From an uncultured Chthoniobacter sp. (GTDB lineage Bacteria; Verrucomicrobiota; Verrucomicrobiia; Chthoniobacterales; Terrimicrobiaceae): DNA of 48,338 bases. Shown here piece by piece: positions 17,105-25,940 of this stretch (position 1 is the first letter of the stretch; each line of letters begins with the position of its first letter). A model generated the notes under the pieces. The model worked only from the letters and a program-made list of their open reading frames with translations. It did not search any database and had not been told where the DNA came from. A program made the position numbers and the translations under genes. The stretch is taken from assembly GCA_964628505.1 (NCBI GenBank), contig CAZVPK010000001.1, forward strand, positions 1 through 48,338, written 5' to 3'.

Positions 17105-17164
17105 GTGGCTTCGGCCATCCTACGGGCCTGCCGCACAAAAAAAACAAAAAACCGCGTCCCCCGG

Positions 17165-18379
17165 TCAGGCCGGGTTTCCCGGCGACCGGGAGAACGGCGG
17201 CTCCGCCAATCCGAGCGGATCGCGGCCCGCCAGCACATCGCGGATCAAAAAACCGCCGAAGACCAAAGTGGCCGCGGCTTTCAGCCACAGGTTCGTGAGG
17301 TTGTGAAGCGGGCCCCAATTTTCACAACTCAAAACAAGGGCATAGGCCGCCAGCCAGGAAAACCGGGCCGGAGACTTCGCATCGACCGCGGCGGAGGCGA
17401 CCAGAATTCCGACAAACGGCGACAGCAGAACGTAGGTGTTCGTCTCTGTGCGCGGGTTGAAGAGAAGCAGATACCAGGCCGCCAGAAGCATGCAGACGAA
17501 TCCTCCGCGCACGGCCCCGTAGCGGCGCAGCGCCAGCCAGGCCAGGCCGAGCGTGCCGACCGCCGCAAGCGCGCGGATCGCGGTCATCACCGCATCCGGC
17601 AACGGCGTTCCAAAAAACAACAACATGCCCTGGATGTCGCAGAACCTCGGCTGGTTCGGCTTTCCGGCGATTTGCAGGGTTTGAACGAACAGGTCGTATT
17701 GCTCCGCGACAAAAGCGGGATTCGAATGCGCGAAGCTCGCCGCGCCGAGCAGGGCGGCCCCGAGAACCAGCCTCCAAGACATGGTCCGGAGATGGCACGC
17801 TCCGGCGAGAAGACACGGCACGAGGCCGAGCGGCTTCAAGGCGAGCGACAGCAGAAGCGAGATCGACGCCCGGTTCCACGCGCGGAGTCCCAGGTCCACG
17901 GCGGCCAACGCGAGCAACGCCGCCATCGCAAGGTTCATCTGGCCGTTCCGCGCGGAGGAAAAACCGGCGGGAATCGCCGCCACCGTCGCCGCGAAAAACC
18001 AAAACCCCCGCCGCCCGCCGCCAAACCGGCTGGCCAGCCTCCAAATCGACCACGCCAGCAACCCGAGCCCGACCAGCCTCCACAGCGGTTCGCCGACCCT
18101 TGGCGGCAACGCCGCGAACGGCGTGTAGATCATCGCCGCCTGCGGAAGATATAGATAGCCGTGCATGCGAACCTCGTAGATGTCCCGCCCGCTCCACCAT
18201 TCCCCGGAGGCCTCCCGATACTCGGGCGTCACCGTGCGGCGGTCGGGCTGCGCCGCGACGATTCCGGCGATGACCAGCGAGTAAACCACCCAGAGGAAAA
18301 TCCCCCAACGCACGGCCCGCGCCTCCGGCATCAAACGAAGGGACTCCATCCAGCGGGCGAAAGTTTTCGAAAATGACAT
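17165..18379 (-). CDS. Polytopic GT-C type glycosyltransferase, DUF2029/GT87-like
   Basis: 404 aa with about 10 TM segments. The overall pattern resembles DUF2029 (PimE-like mannosyltransferases). Assigned from recalled family architecture, not a strict motif. Confidence 0.6.
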   Translation of the reverse strand: MSFSKTFARWMESLRLMPEARAVRWGIFLWVVYSLVIAGIVAAQPDRRTVTPEYREASGEWWSGRDIYEVRMHGYLYLPQAAMIYTPFAALPPRVGEPLWRLVGLGLLAWSIWRLASRFGGGRRGFWFFAATVAAIPAGFSSARNGQMNLAMAALLALAAVDLGLRAWNRASISLLLSLALKPLGLVPCLLAGACHLRTMSWRLVLGAALLGAASFAHSNPAFVAEQYDLFVQTLQIAGKPNQPRFCDIQGMLLFFGTPLPDAVMTAIRALAAVGTLGLAWLALRRYGAVRGGFVCMLLAAWYLLLFNPRTETNTYVLLSPFVGILVASAAVDAKSPARFSWLAAYALVLSCENWGPLHNLTNLWLKAAATLVFGGFLIRDVLAGRDPLGLAEPPFSRSPGNPA

Positions 18380-18436
18380 CCGCGCGATTGAATTCGGTCC
18401 GGGGCCGTCGGGGAAGAACCGAATCGGGCGCGCCGA

Positions 18437-19993
18437 TCAACCGGAGACACGACGCGCCGGGAGCGAATCCAATCCATGCTCCCGCACCAACCGCGCGTAG
18501 GTTTGCGAGGGATTGTCGCCGAGATGGTCCACGGCGAGACGCTCCAGCCCGCGCGGGAAATCGATGCGGAACAATCCGAAGCGCGGCGTGAAGGACCCCC
18601 ACTCGTAGTTGTCCGTGAGCGACCAGTGCAGGTAGCCGAGCAACGGGACGCCGCGGTCGAGCAGACGCCGGACCTCGAGAAGATGGGCCTCGAGGTAGTC
18701 GCTGCGCGTGAGGCCGTCGCGTCGCGGACCCGACGAGGAGTTGTCCTGGCTGCAACGCTGCGACATGCCGTTTTCCGCGATGAGAATTCCGAGACCCGGA
18801 AACGCCTTCGCGTAAAACGTGCAAAACGCCGTGAGGCCCTCGGGCAGGAAATGCCAGTCCCACCACTTGCTGGAAAGCACGTCGAACAGATGCGCGGAGA
18901 TACTGCGGCTCTTGAATTCCAGGTCGGAAAAATCCGGCAGCCTCAGCGCGTGGCTGAGAAAGGGGTCGTAGTAGTCCACACCCAGGTAATCGAGCGAGAC
19001 GTCGCGCTTGGCGCGTTCCTGCTCGCGGAAAAAAAATCCGCAGCCCTCCTCGGTGGCGGCGCGGGAGGCGAACCAATTCGCCAAACGATGCAATCCCGCT
19101 CCGGCGATCGCCGCCGCATCGGTGCGGCGGCGCAGGGCCGCGGCGGTGAAATGCTCCGACAACTCCTTCGAGCGCGCGGCGAAATACCCGCCTGCTCCGG
19201 CGGGCTTGATCCCCTTTTGGCGGAGGCAGAGAAGGTCGAGCAACATCAGGTCGGACCAATACACGTCGCTGCAAAACGTGTTCATCGAGATGAGGGGACG
19301 TTCCCAGCCGCGGTCCTCATAGACATCGTGAATGGCGTTGTAAGCGCGAACGTGCGCGGCGAGCATGCGGTTGTAGGCCCGCAGACCCACGGGAATCCCC
19401 GCATCCGGCCCACCCGGAAAATGGCGGTTCAGATAGGTGTTCAGAACGAGCATGTTCGGCTCGTTGATCGTGACATACCACCGGACGGGCCTCTGTCCAT
19501 GCGCCTCGGCGAGCCGGTCGTTCAAGCGCGTGATGGTGTGACGAACGAAAATCTCGAACAAAGCGGGCGTTTCATCCTCGAGCCAGGCATCGAGACCAAG
19601 CCAGGCGGGATGGGTGAAATGCTGGAGCGTGACGACGGGCTCGAGCCCCTCTTCGCGGCAGGCGGCGATGCGAAGCGCGTAGGCGTCGATCGCGTCGTTG
19701 TCGAATTCCGGGGCGCGACCACGCGCCGACGAGGTGGAGGGTTGGATTCGCGCCCATTCGAGGCCGAGCCGGAAGGCGTTCAGACCGAGTCCTCGCGCGA
19801 GCCGGTAGTCGGACCGGTAGCGGTTCCAGAAATCCACGGCGGCTCCGGTTTTTTGAACCCGGCCGGAGGCCTCGCACGCGCCCCAGTTGTTTTTCGGATC
19901 GCCGGGGCCGTTGTAGCCGCCCTCGCTTTGATAGCCCGAGGTGGCGACTCCGACGAGAAACGGCGTGGTGGCTTCCATTTCCCTAGCCCGCAT
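18437..19993 (-). CDS. Glycoside hydrolase family 1 (beta-glucosidase-like)
   Basis: VATSGYQSEGG, NAFRLGLEWARIQP, ITINEPN (acid/base Glu), IAENGM (nucleophile Glu), HWSLTDNYEW. An alternative start at ATG 19978 sits 4 nt after the GT28 stop. No signal peptide. Confidence 0.85.
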   Translation of the reverse strand: MRAREMEATTPFLVGVATSGYQSEGGYNGPGDPKNNWGACEASGRVQKTGAAVDFWNRYRSDYRLARGLGLNAFRLGLEWARIQPSTSSARGRAPEFDNDAIDAYALRIAACREEGLEPVVTLQHFTHPAWLGLDAWLEDETPALFEIFVRHTITRLNDRLAEAHGQRPVRWYVTINEPNMLVLNTYLNRHFPGGPDAGIPVGLRAYNRMLAAHVRAYNAIHDVYEDRGWERPLISMNTFCSDVYWSDLMLLDLLCLRQKGIKPAGAGGYFAARSKELSEHFTAAALRRRTDAAAIAGAGLHRLANWFASRAATEEGCGFFFREQERAKRDVSLDYLGVDYYDPFLSHALRLPDFSDLEFKSRSISAHLFDVLSSKWWDWHFLPEGLTAFCTFYAKAFPGLGILIAENGMSQRCSQDNSSSGPRRDGLTRSDYLEAHLLEVRRLLDRGVPLLGYLHWSLTDNYEWGSFTPRFGLFRIDFPRGLERLAVDHLGDNPSQTYARLVREHGLDSLPARRVSG

Positions 19994-21167
19994 CGGCGAT
20001 TCGCTTGCGGAGGACTTTTTCGCGCAGTTTGGAAATGACCACCGGCCGGCGGTCGGGCTCCTCCAGGGTGATGCGGGCGATTTCCGCCGCGGCGTCCGGG
20101 CGGCCCAGGTTTCTGGCGCATTCGCGCATGCGCGCCAGGCGGGCGGGATCGTCGAGAAGACGCCGGAGCTTGTGCGCGACGAGAGTGGCCTCGGTGCATT
20201 TCACCGCCGCGCCGGCTTCGAGAAGGACATCGGAGTTCCGCTCCTCCTGGCCGCCGATGGGATCGAGGATCATCATCGGGAGCCCCCGCGCGAGGGCCTC
20301 GGCGGTGGTCATCCCGCCGGGCTTGCTGAGGATCAAGGTGGAGGCGGCCATGAGCTCGGGGATTTCGGTGGTGTAGCCGAGAACGCGGAAATCGCCGGGG
20401 CGGTGCTTCACGAGCTGCACGATGTCGTGTTGCATTTCCTCGTTGCGGCCGCAAACGATCACCGCCTGGAAATCGCGGTCGAGTTGGAGAAGTTGGCGCG
20501 TGACGGCCACCGCCGGGCTGAGGCCCAGCGCGCCTCCCACGACGAGGAAGGTCGGGCGGCCGGGCGTCAATCCCTGGCGCTTCAGCACGGCATCGGCATC
20601 GACCGGCGCGGAGAATTCGGGTTCGACGGGGATGCCGGTGACCTTGATCCGGTCGCCCGGCAGGCCGAGGGCCTCCATGTGGATCTTGTCGTCCTCCTGC
20701 GCGACGAAATACCAGTTGAAAGCGCGCGTGATCCAGAAGGCGTGGAAGTGGAAATCGGTGACCACCACGCCGAGGCGCGCCTCGAGTTTTCCATTCGCGA
20801 TGAGCCAGGAAATCACGCCGGCGGGCATGAAATGGGTGCAGAGGATGATGTCGGGCCGGAACTCGCGGACGAGGTTCATCAACGGCAGCGCCTGCGGAAG
20901 GTCGATGGCGAGTCGGCTTTTGTCCGCGACCCACGGGTCGTCGCTCGTCTCATACCACCAGCCCAGGAATTCCGGCAGCATGGCGGAGAGTTTTTTGTAG
21001 AGGGTCGAATAGAATTGCTTGTGGAGGACGTTCGTGTGGTCGAGCGAGTCGTCGCAGAAAACCTCCTCGACATCGGGCCGCTCGCGCATCACGCGCGCCA
21101 GCGCGTCGGCGGCCTTCACGTGACCGGAGCCCACCGAGGCCGACAAAATCAAAACGCGTTTTCCCAT
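19983..21167 (-). CDS. MGDG synthase / UgtP-like diacylglycerol glycosyltransferase (GT28)
   Basis: MGKRVLILSASVGSGHVKAADAL (MGDG_synth N-domain), C-terminal GT28 domain ...SKPGGMTTAEALARGLPMMILDPIGGQEERN. Confidence 0.85.
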   Translation of the reverse strand: MGKRVLILSASVGSGHVKAADALARVMRERPDVEEVFCDDSLDHTNVLHKQFYSTLYKKLSAMLPEFLGWWYETSDDPWVADKSRLAIDLPQALPLMNLVREFRPDIILCTHFMPAGVISWLIANGKLEARLGVVVTDFHFHAFWITRAFNWYFVAQEDDKIHMEALGLPGDRIKVTGIPVEPEFSAPVDADAVLKRQGLTPGRPTFLVVGGALGLSPAVAVTRQLLQLDRDFQAVIVCGRNEEMQHDIVQLVKHRPGDFRVLGYTTEIPELMAASTLILSKPGGMTTAEALARGLPMMILDPIGGQEERNSDVLLEAGAAVKCTEATLVAHKLRRLLDDPARLARMRECARNLGRPDAAAEIARITLEEPDRRPVVISKLREKVLRKRIADAG

Positions 21168-21182
21168 CCGGCCCTTTGAAGA

Positions 21183-22784
21183 TCAGGCCGGCGATCCGTC
21201 GGATTCGACCGGTCCATCGGATTCCGGTTCGGAGGGCTGGGTCCCGGCGGCCGGCGGGGGAGCTTCCGCAGGGGGCTTGGGTTTTTTCTGCGGCCGCGGC
21301 GCGGAAGGCTGGCGCCGGGGAATCTCGAGGCCTTTCGAGGCGTAGTCGACGACATGGCCCTGGTGGAGGAGCCAATAGAAATCGCGCAGAAGCGAGGTCT
21401 CGCGGGCGGCGGGATCGGCATCCTCGGGAAGGGGAACCTGTGCGAGAAGCGCCTGCCACTGCGCGGCGCGGGGCTCGTCGGGATGGCTCTCGAGATAGTC
21501 GAGAATCGCGGAGAGGCTCTGCGAGACCGGATTCGCCGCGCGGTCGAGCGGGCGCGGACGCGCCACCGAGACGTAGGTGATGTTTTCGTGGGCCTTGAAA
21601 ATCTGGAGCCCGGACTTCTGGAATTCCTGTCCAAGCACGTGGGCGACGGGAAGCGGGAAGCGGAGGAGGTTGTCGAGTTCCCGCCTCGTGAACTCGATCA
21701 CGGCGGGCGCGGAGTCGTTGACCGCGGCGGAGCCGGGAACCGTGAATTCGGTGCCGGGGTCCATGATTTCGGCGTCCGCGAGGGTTTTTGAAAAATGCTC
21801 CTCGACCTCGGCGCGGTTGGCGAGGGCGGGAGGCTCGACACCCTCCGGCGCGGCGAGAGGGTGGAAAACGTCGCGGGTGCTCTGCTGGGTTTTCCATTTC
21901 TCGATGGACTCGGCGTCGCGCAGCATGCGCACGCGGGCCTTGTAGACATCGAACGGGACGTTCGCGAAGCGCTCGGAGTGGATCTTGCGGAGGTTGAGTT
22001 GGTAGTCGTGGTGGTTGGGCGGGCCGAGGAAGACGCCGCTCATCCCGCACTGGGCGATGACGGGGAAATCGCCTTTCGGGGCCTCGACCTCGACGCTTTC
22101 GCGGCGGTAGAACGAATCGAGGTGCGCCTGCAGGATCCAGCGCGCGGCATCGGCGCGGTTGAGCCACAGCGTGCCGTCCTTCACGCATTGGAACAGCGCC
22201 GGGCCGTCCTTGCGGCGGAATTCGATCCGGTAGCGCGGGGATTTTTCCAGAACAAGGCGGGCGAGGTCGAAGAGCCCGTAGGCCTTCGCGGAGGATTTGA
22301 TCTGTTTGACAAGACCCTCGACGCCGCGCGGTTCGGGGACGAATTTGATTTCCCAGCCTTCGAGCGCGGGAACGCCGCGATCGGTCTCGCCGGACGCGCG
22401 CGGACCCCGCGGGGAGTCCTTGCGAAAGGGCGGTTTTTTGCCGGATGGATGCCGAACGCCGCCCGCGGCGGGCGCGGATTTTGGGCCGTGCTCCTGGCCT
22501 TGGCGGGGAAGGCGTTTGTTCTTCGGCGGCCTGCGGTCCTTGCGGAAATCGAAATCGTCGCGATCGCCGGAAAAACGATCGTCGCGGCGGGAGGACGGGC
22601 CCTCGTCGGAAAACCGGGACAGCGCGGAGGGAGGAGACGATTCCTTCACCCAGGCGGGTTGGAAGCTTTTCAGCAAATCCATCTCCAAACCGGAAAGATC
22701 CCGGGGCATGTCAGGGTCTTGGTTCATGGCGTTTTCCGAAGGATTTCCGGACCATGATCGCCCCGCGCGCGGCGGGCAAGCCAT
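21183..22784 (-). CDS. Hypothetical protein with Arg/Lys/Pro-rich disordered N- and C-termini
   Basis: 533-aa ORF (alternative ATG at 22727). Residues about 40-150 are low-complexity and basic (RRDDRFSGDRDDFDFRKDRRPPKNKRLPRQGQ). The central ~330 aa look globular with normal composition. No family recognised. Confidence 0.7.
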   Translation of the reverse strand: MACPPRAGRSWSGNPSENAMNQDPDMPRDLSGLEMDLLKSFQPAWVKESSPPSALSRFSDEGPSSRRDDRFSGDRDDFDFRKDRRPPKNKRLPRQGQEHGPKSAPAAGGVRHPSGKKPPFRKDSPRGPRASGETDRGVPALEGWEIKFVPEPRGVEGLVKQIKSSAKAYGLFDLARLVLEKSPRYRIEFRRKDGPALFQCVKDGTLWLNRADAARWILQAHLDSFYRRESVEVEAPKGDFPVIAQCGMSGVFLGPPNHHDYQLNLRKIHSERFANVPFDVYKARVRMLRDAESIEKWKTQQSTRDVFHPLAAPEGVEPPALANRAEVEEHFSKTLADAEIMDPGTEFTVPGSAAVNDSAPAVIEFTRRELDNLLRFPLPVAHVLGQEFQKSGLQIFKAHENITYVSVARPRPLDRAANPVSQSLSAILDYLESHPDEPRAAQWQALLAQVPLPEDADPAARETSLLRDFYWLLHQGHVVDYASKGLEIPRRQPSAPRPQKKPKPPAEAPPPAAGTQPSEPESDGPVESDGSPA

Positions 22785-22797
22785 TTATCTCGGGGGA

Positions 22798-23874
22798 TCA
22801 GGCGATTCCGGAATCCTTGAGGCGCTGCTCGATGTCGCTGGCCTGGAGAGCGGAGGTGAGTTCGCCGAGGTCTCCCTCGAGGACGCGGTCGAGCGAGTAG
22901 AGGGAAAGCTTGATGCGGTGGTCGGTCACGCGGTTCTCGGCGAAATTGTAGGTGCGGATTTTTTCCTCTCGCCCGCCGCCGCCGATCAGGCTTCGCCGGT
23001 GGGCGGAGTATTTCTCCTCCTCCTCGCGGCGTTTGTCCTCGAGCAACCGGGCGCGCATGATCTTGAGGGCGGCCTCCTTGTTTTTCTGCTGGCTGCGCCC
23101 GTCCTGGCATCGAACGATCCGGCCCGTGGGAATGTGGAGGACCTGCACGGCGGAGTCCGTGGTGTTGACGCCCTGCCCGCCCGGACCGCCCGCGCGGCAG
23201 ACCTCGATGCGCAAATCCTCGGGTTTGATTTCGATATCCACCTCCTCGGCCTCGGGCATCACGGCAACCGTGGCGGTGGAGGTGTGGATGCGGCCCTGGG
23301 CCTCGGTGGCGGGAACGCGCTGCACGCGGTGGACGCCGCTTTCGTAGCGGAAGCGGCGGAAAACCGCGCCGCCGGAAATGCGAAACACGATTTCGCGGAA
23401 GCCGCCAAGGTCCGCCGGACTGGATTCCATCGGCTCGACCTTGAGACCGAGCGACTCCGCATAGCGGCAATACATGCGATGGAGGTCGGCGGCGAAAAGT
23501 GCGGCCTCGGTGCCGCCCGTCCCCGCGCGGATTTCCACAATCGCATCCCGGTCCTCGTCCGGTTCCGGCGGGAGGAGGGCGATTTGAACGGCACGCTCGA
23601 GGTCGGGGCATTCGGCCTCGAGCCGCGCGATTTCCTCGCGGGCGAGTTCGGCCATGTCCTTGTCGTCCGAATCGGCGATCCCCCGGTTCTCGGCAAGTTC
23701 GCGCCGGGCCTTGGCGAACCGCTCCCAGTGCGCGATCAAATCCTTGGTCGCCCCGTGCTCGCGGAGGACCTCGCGGGCGCGCGGGGGATTGTCGAAAAGG
23801 CCGGGCGCGGCGATTTCGCGTTCGAGTTCCTCGAAGCGGCGGCGTTTCCGCTCCACCAACGGTTCAAAATCCAT
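22798..23874 (-). CDS. prfA: Peptide chain release factor 1
   Basis: GGPGGQGVNTTDSAV (GGQ), RVPATEAQGRIHTS (the PxT tripeptide of RF1). The track ORF starts at TTG 23880; ATG 23874 (MDFEPLVER) is more likely. Confidence 0.95.
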   Translation of the reverse strand: MDFEPLVERKRRRFEELEREIAAPGLFDNPPRAREVLREHGATKDLIAHWERFAKARRELAENRGIADSDDKDMAELAREEIARLEAECPDLERAVQIALLPPEPDEDRDAIVEIRAGTGGTEAALFAADLHRMYCRYAESLGLKVEPMESSPADLGGFREIVFRISGGAVFRRFRYESGVHRVQRVPATEAQGRIHTSTATVAVMPEAEEVDIEIKPEDLRIEVCRAGGPGGQGVNTTDSAVQVLHIPTGRIVRCQDGRSQQKNKEAALKIMRARLLEDKRREEEEKYSAHRRSLIGGGGREEKIRTYNFAENRVTDHRIKLSLYSLDRVLEGDLGELTSALQASDIEQRLKDSGIA

Positions 23875-23880
23875 GGGCAA

Positions 23881-23916
23881 ACAAAAACGGTAAACGGGCT
23901 TCCGGCCCGTTTACCG
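23881..23916 (-). terminator. Rho-independent terminator after rpmE
   Basis: Perfect 12-bp stem CGGTAAACGGGC (23888-23899) / GCCCGTTTACCG (23905-23916) with a 5-nt loop. On the minus strand it is followed by TTTTTGT. Confidence 0.75.
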
Positions 23917-23938
23917 TCGAAAAATGGGATGCGGCGAT

Positions 23939-24166
23939 CTAGGCCTTCTTCGTGGCGCGCGGGGCGCGCACGGTGCCGTAGCGTTTCTTGAACTTGTCCA
24001 CGCGGCCCGCGGTGTCCACAAACTTCTGCTCGCCGGTGAAGAACGGGTGGCAGGCCGCGCAGATGCCGAGCTTGATGTTCTGGCGTGTCGAGCGGGTGCG
24101 GTAGGTCGCGCCGCAAGCGCACACGATCACGGTTTCCTGATAGTCGGGATGAATTTCTGGCTTCAT
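23939..24166 (-). CDS. rpmE: 50S ribosomal protein L31 (Cys-containing, Zn-type)
   Basis: MKPEIHPDYQETVIVCACGATYRTRSTRQNIKLGICAACHPFFTGEQKFVDTAGRVDKFKKRY. This is the internal start (ATG at 24164-24166) of track ORF 23939..24571. Confidence 0.95.
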   Translation of the reverse strand: MKPEIHPDYQETVIVCACGATYRTRSTRQNIKLGICAACHPFFTGEQKFVDTAGRVDKFKKRYGTVRAPRATKKA

Positions 24167-24203
24167 TTGGAAAAGGGTGGCAAGACTAGCGCCGATTTCC
24201 GCC

Positions 24204-25202
24204 ATGGCAACACCATTCCATCTTCCCGCGCGGATCCAAACCGCCGCGCTCGCCTGGGCGCTGACGCTCGCCGCATCGACCCTTCCCCCCGCCCAGGCCT
24301 CGCCGGACACGCATCCGGAGCCCAGGCCGGCGCTTCTCGACCTCGCGGTGGACGCCTTGGGAGGCCAGGTGGTCGGCATTTGGAAAACCCCTCTCTTCAC
24401 GCTCAGCAATCCGGTGCGGGTGAACGGGCAGGTCGTCCAGGAGGCCAGCTCCGTGACCCTCGGAATGCTGCTCACCGCCCTGGCCATCCTGCTTGTCGGC
24501 GGGATTTTTTCGGCGGGATTCAGCCGCTGGCTCCGCTCGCGGGTTTGCAAACGCCTCGACCTCGACCCCACGACCGGGGCGATCGTTCAAAAGTTCACCA
24601 ACTACACGCTGCTGTTCCTGGCGAGCCTCGTGGCGCTGGCCGCGGTGCGGATTCCCCTCACGATTTTCGCGCTGCTCGGCGGCGCCGCGGCCATCGCGGT
24701 GGGCTTCGGCGCCCAGCAACTCGTGAACAACCTCATCAGCGGCCTCATCCTTCTCTTCGAGCGCCCGATCCGGATCGGCGACCTGATCGAGGTCGGCGGC
24801 AACTGCGGCACGGTGGCCGCCATCGGTTCGAGGTGCAGCCAGCTCCACCGCGACGACGGCGTGGAGGTTCTCATCCCGAACAGCGTGATCCTCCAGGGCA
24901 CCGTGGTGAACCACACCCTCCGCAGCAACGAGAGCCGCGTGGAATTGTCGATCGCCGTGAACCCGAAATCCCCGGTGGAGGAGGCGATGAAAATCCTCCG
25001 CGAGGCCGCGAGGTCGCACGGCTCGGTCCTCGAAAACCAATCCATCCAGGCGCGCGTGGAGAGCATCGGCCCCGATGCGGCGGGTCTCCGGCTCGCCTTC
25101 TGGTGCGGCACCAAGAATCCGGACGCGATCGCGGATGTCCAAAGCGATCTGCGCCTCGCCATCCTGCGACGCTTCCAGAAGGAAAACATCGAACTGGCCT
25201 GA
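24204..25202 (+). CDS. Mechanosensitive ion channel family protein (MscS-like)
   Basis: GGAAAIAVGFGAQQLVNNLISGLILLFERPIRIGDLIEVGG..GTV is the MscS TM3/beta-domain signature. N-terminal signal-like sequence. The ORF is also open from GTG 24177. Confidence 0.85.
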   Translation: MATPFHLPARIQTAALAWALTLAASTLPPAQASPDTHPEPRPALLDLAVDALGGQVVGIWKTPLFTLSNPVRVNGQVVQEASSVTLGMLLTALAILLVGGIFSAGFSRWLRSRVCKRLDLDPTTGAIVQKFTNYTLLFLASLVALAAVRIPLTIFALLGGAAAIAVGFGAQQLVNNLISGLILLFERPIRIGDLIEVGGNCGTVAAIGSRCSQLHRDDGVEVLIPNSVILQGTVVNHTLRSNESRVELSIAVNPKSPVEEAMKILREAARSHGSVLENQSIQARVESIGPDAAGLRLAFWCGTKNPDAIADVQSDLRLAILRRFQKENIELA

Positions 25203-25210
25203 GGAGCGGA

Positions 25211-25240
25211 ATCCGCCGCAAGGGGCGGCGGGATCTTTTG
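25211..25240 (+). terminator. Possible intrinsic terminator after the mscS-like gene
   Basis: CCGCCGC (25213-25219) / GCGGCGG (25225-25231) stem with flanking AT pairs, followed by CTTTTG. The U-tract is short. Confidence 0.4.
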
Positions 25241-25268
25241 CCGAAGGCTTGCCAGCGGGCTCCATTCC

Positions 25269-25940
25269 ATGAATCTCTCGACCGGTCCCGAAATGGAACA
25301 GTCCCTTTTCCTAGCCCTCAATTCCGCGCAGAAAAATCCCTGGATCGATGTCGCCATGGCGGCGCTTTCCAGCTGGGCGGTCTGGTGGCCTCTGGCGGTT
25401 CTCGCCGGGGCGGGCCTGCTGGTCTTTGGAAAATTCCGCAACCGGGCGATGGTCGTTTGCGCCTTGTTGGCGGTGGGAATCAACGACGGTCTCCTCTGCC
25501 GGACCCTGAAACACTCGGTGCAGCGCCCGCGCCCCCACGAGGTTCTCGCCGGAGTGCGCACCATCGACCTCGCGAAGGCGACCCCCCGCCTCCTCGCCGT
25601 GGCGAAGCCGCTTCGGGTGAAAACCTCCTCGCCGTCCCCGCCGGCGCTCGCCGGAAAATCGTTTCCCTCCTCGCACGCGGCGAACTGTTTCGCGCTGGCC
25701 ACGGTGGTTTTCCTGTTCCACCGCCGCCGGGGCTGGATTGCGTTTGTTCCCGCGGCTTTGGTAGCGTTCAGCCGCATGTATGTGGGAGTGCACTGGCCGC
25801 TGGACGTTCTCGCCGGATCCCTGATCGGGATTCTGTGCGGCTGGGCGGTGGTGTCGGCGCTCCGCTGGATCTGGAAGAAAACCTCTCCCCGGCTGGCCCC
25901 GCGTCTGCACCTGGCGCACCCCGACCTGCTCTCCGCGTGA
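25269..25940 (+). CDS. PAP2-family lipid phosphatase
   Basis: All three PAP2 motifs are visible: KHSVQRPRP (KxxxxxxRP), PSSH, SRMYVGVHWPLD (SRxxxxxHxxxD). Multi-TM. Confidence 0.85.
   Translation: MNLSTGPEMEQSLFLALNSAQKNPWIDVAMAALSSWAVWWPLAVLAGAGLLVFGKFRNRAMVVCALLAVGINDGLLCRTLKHSVQRPRPHEVLAGVRTIDLAKATPRLLAVAKPLRVKTSSPSPPALAGKSFPSSHAANCFALATVVFLFHRRRGWIAFVPAALVAFSRMYVGVHWPLDVLAGSLIGILCGWAVVSALRWIWKKTSPRLAPRLHLAHPDLLSA

Noticed and set aside
16695-17318. Upper part of the 456-aa minus ORF 15948..17318, and other long shadow ORFs (1596..3236-, 4086..5735-, 17322..19274-, 18476..20038+, 28828..30192-, 30659..32110-, 36735..39041-, 38702..40591-)
   Set aside because: All overlap motif-supported genes on the opposite strand or in another frame, and all have Arg/Pro/Gly-rich low-complexity translations.
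22798-23880. Programmed +1 frameshift in the release factor gene
   Set aside because: The gene is RF1 (PAT tripeptide) and is read as one uninterrupted frame. The autoregulatory frameshift is a prfB (RF2) feature.
23924-25936. N-terminal 670 aa of the 1155-aa ORF 23924..27391
   Set aside because: This part overlaps rpmE (antisense) and the mscS and PAP2 genes (other frames) and is Arg/Gly/Pro-rich. Only the portion from GTG 25937 onward has membrane-protein character.
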